From Camelus dromedarius (taxonomy: Eukaryota), in contig NC_087437.1 in NCBI RefSeq assembly GCF_036321535.1, positions 4,092,001 through 4,156,000 of the forward strand: a DNA stretch of 64,000 nt. The letters run 5' to 3'. The notes under the pieces were generated by a model. The model was not told the origin of the DNA and made no database searches. It saw nothing but the letters and a program-made list of their open reading frames with translations. Shown in pieces: positions 62,254-64,000 of the stretch. Position numbers and translations under genes: made by a program. The first letter of the stretch is position 1. Every line of letters starts with the position of its first letter.

Positions 62254-64000
62254 CCTGGCATTTTATACGTGGCATTTTATACGGGCCGCCTGCTTATTTT
62301 TTCTCGCACATCCCTGTGAGGTAGGTAGGTATCACCGCTCCTTGTGATGGGTGAGAAAAGACTCAGAAAGGTGAAGCAAACATCCAAGCTAGTCTCTAAG
62401 TTCAACCTAGACCCAATCCAGAGGAAAGCTGAGCCACTTCCGACTTTAAATAACCACGACAATGAAACACAACAAAACAGTCAGTATGGGAGAAAAGAGA
62501 CTTTGGCCAACACTCTGTCACTCTGGACAAGTCTTACAGTCATGACACTTACACAAGTAGATGCTATAGAAAGTCTCCTCTTCGTGTTTATTTCTTGGGA
62601 CAGTAAGAGGGGTGATTTGGGGGTTACAAACACACCCTCATTAGTCTGGACCACTTTTACGTATTTGCAGGTGGTACACCTGGCAATCACATATTTTCCC
62701 GAAGGCATTCCAGGAACAGTAGATGTTTCCTGAGCAGGAAGATATTTTTAGTCATTTTCACTACCATTATATTAGGAGGACTCCGTAGTATACTGTGTAT
62801 ACGATGAATCAACAATGCACCAACTTTTGTTCACGCATCTTGTAACCTGCCTGTTACTTGGTAACTGTCCATGCAAATAAATAAACAAATAATTTCTTTA
62901 TAAACATTCCAAAGATTCAAACTTTTCTGGAATTCGGACGATCTAAAGGGAAGATGAAAAGTGGAAATTGCCTGTATATTATATTTAACAATAGCCTTTT
63001 TTGAGAATTGTTTCACGAGAGGATTTATGAAAAGGAAGTTATATTACTAAAAAAAAAAAGTTAATTCTCCAATGAGTGATCACCATAAAGAATTTACATG
63101 CATTTTAAAATTGGGTTTCTCAGGGCACAGCATCCAAAACACATGTACTTTTGAGTGGAAGGCAAGCTTTCTCTTCAGGTTTTCCTCTGCACTTCTAATA
63201 TTTTGGAATCAAATGAAGGAGGAGAGAGAAAGCTGATGACTTCTTTCATAAGGGAAAGCTTTTAAGGCCATCCATGTATTTTAAAACACTTCATTTAGAC
63301 AATACCATGCTGGAAAATTTTTACATTAAACATAGTACTTGTCAAATAGCTCCTTTGGAAAAGCAAAGTGACTGCTGATTCTGTAACTGTAGAAATTCTT
63401 AACAAAAGCCATCTAATAGCCTTCCTATAAGTCATGCTTTTCATCTCAGATATTCCTAATTGACATCCTATAGGACTCCCCTATAGGAACTTTTCCCCCA
63501 ACTGGCAAAGATCATCTTAAAATATCTCCATAGAGTAGACTTTTAAAAAGAGGACTGAGAACTCTATATCACAAAAGGACACAGACGAAGTCACTTTCCG
63601 TGCCAATATTTTTTCATCCCCCGCCTGCCTCCTCCCCTCCTCAAAATATCTGGACACTTGACATCAAGCCAGGTAGCTGAGGTTCTCACTCACTGCAGAA
63701 TGTGACTGGGCATTCATAAAAGGGTGTATTTTTTTCTGCCTTCCCCCTTCCCTTCAGCCAACAATAAAACTCCAATCGCCTTTAATGAATCTGGGTGACT
63801 GCAGGAGCAAAAGTACAAGGCAGGGTCTGTACTGGCTTGGGAGGGACTCTTCCTGACCCGGGCTGGTTAACCTCAGTCATCCGCTCCCTGTGCCGTCCTG
63901 GGTGCCTGCCACACTCCAAGCCCTGGGCTGGGCGTGGGGACACAGGGTTTAGGGAGGCACCTCTCAGCCTCCGGAGCGCTCGGATGTGCGGTGGGGGACG

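Noticed and set aside
63466..63490. Doubled cctatagga palindrome
   Set aside because: It is too short to distinguish from a chance micro-duplication, and I can assign no known motif.
20600..64000. Exons of the neighbouring paralogue COL6A5, or any other host protein-coding gene
   Set aside because: There are no Gly-X-Y, VWA or other recognisable peptides in any frame. The ORFs are short, repeat-derived or random-looking.
1..64000. CRISPR array or prokaryotic operon/defence system
   Set aside because: There is no regularly spaced repeat-spacer structure, and the sequence is intron-rich mammalian DNA.

Overview
This is mammalian genomic DNA, most likely from a camelid, judged from about 12 copies of a tRNA-Ala-derived, Vic-1-like SINE and a lineage-specific L1 3' end. 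It holds the 5' part of COL6A6 (collagen VI alpha-6) on the minus strand. The signal-peptide exon (20493-20559) is followed by six intact, symmetric phase-1 exons, each encoding one N-terminal VWA domain (17627-18214, 15062-15682, 12727-13287, 10950-11507, 7228-7803, 4130-4699), and the gene continues left of the window. The region 20.6-64 kb has no recognisable host coding exon. It is dense in L1, LTR, DNA-transposon and SINE relics and is most likely a long first intron. The most notable observations are: local GC/CpG inflation of the VWA exons with GC-directed amino-acid changes, including an RGD in VWA3; six 5'-inverted (twin-primed) L1 insertions, several of them ultra-short; a young CpG-rich 295-bp solo LTR nested three levels deep; inverted SINE pairs around frame-preserving exons; and candidate antisense exons. 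There are no prokaryotic or CRISPR-type systems. Comparisons to human COL6A6 and repeat family names are from memory and need confirmation by alignment or RepeatMasker.
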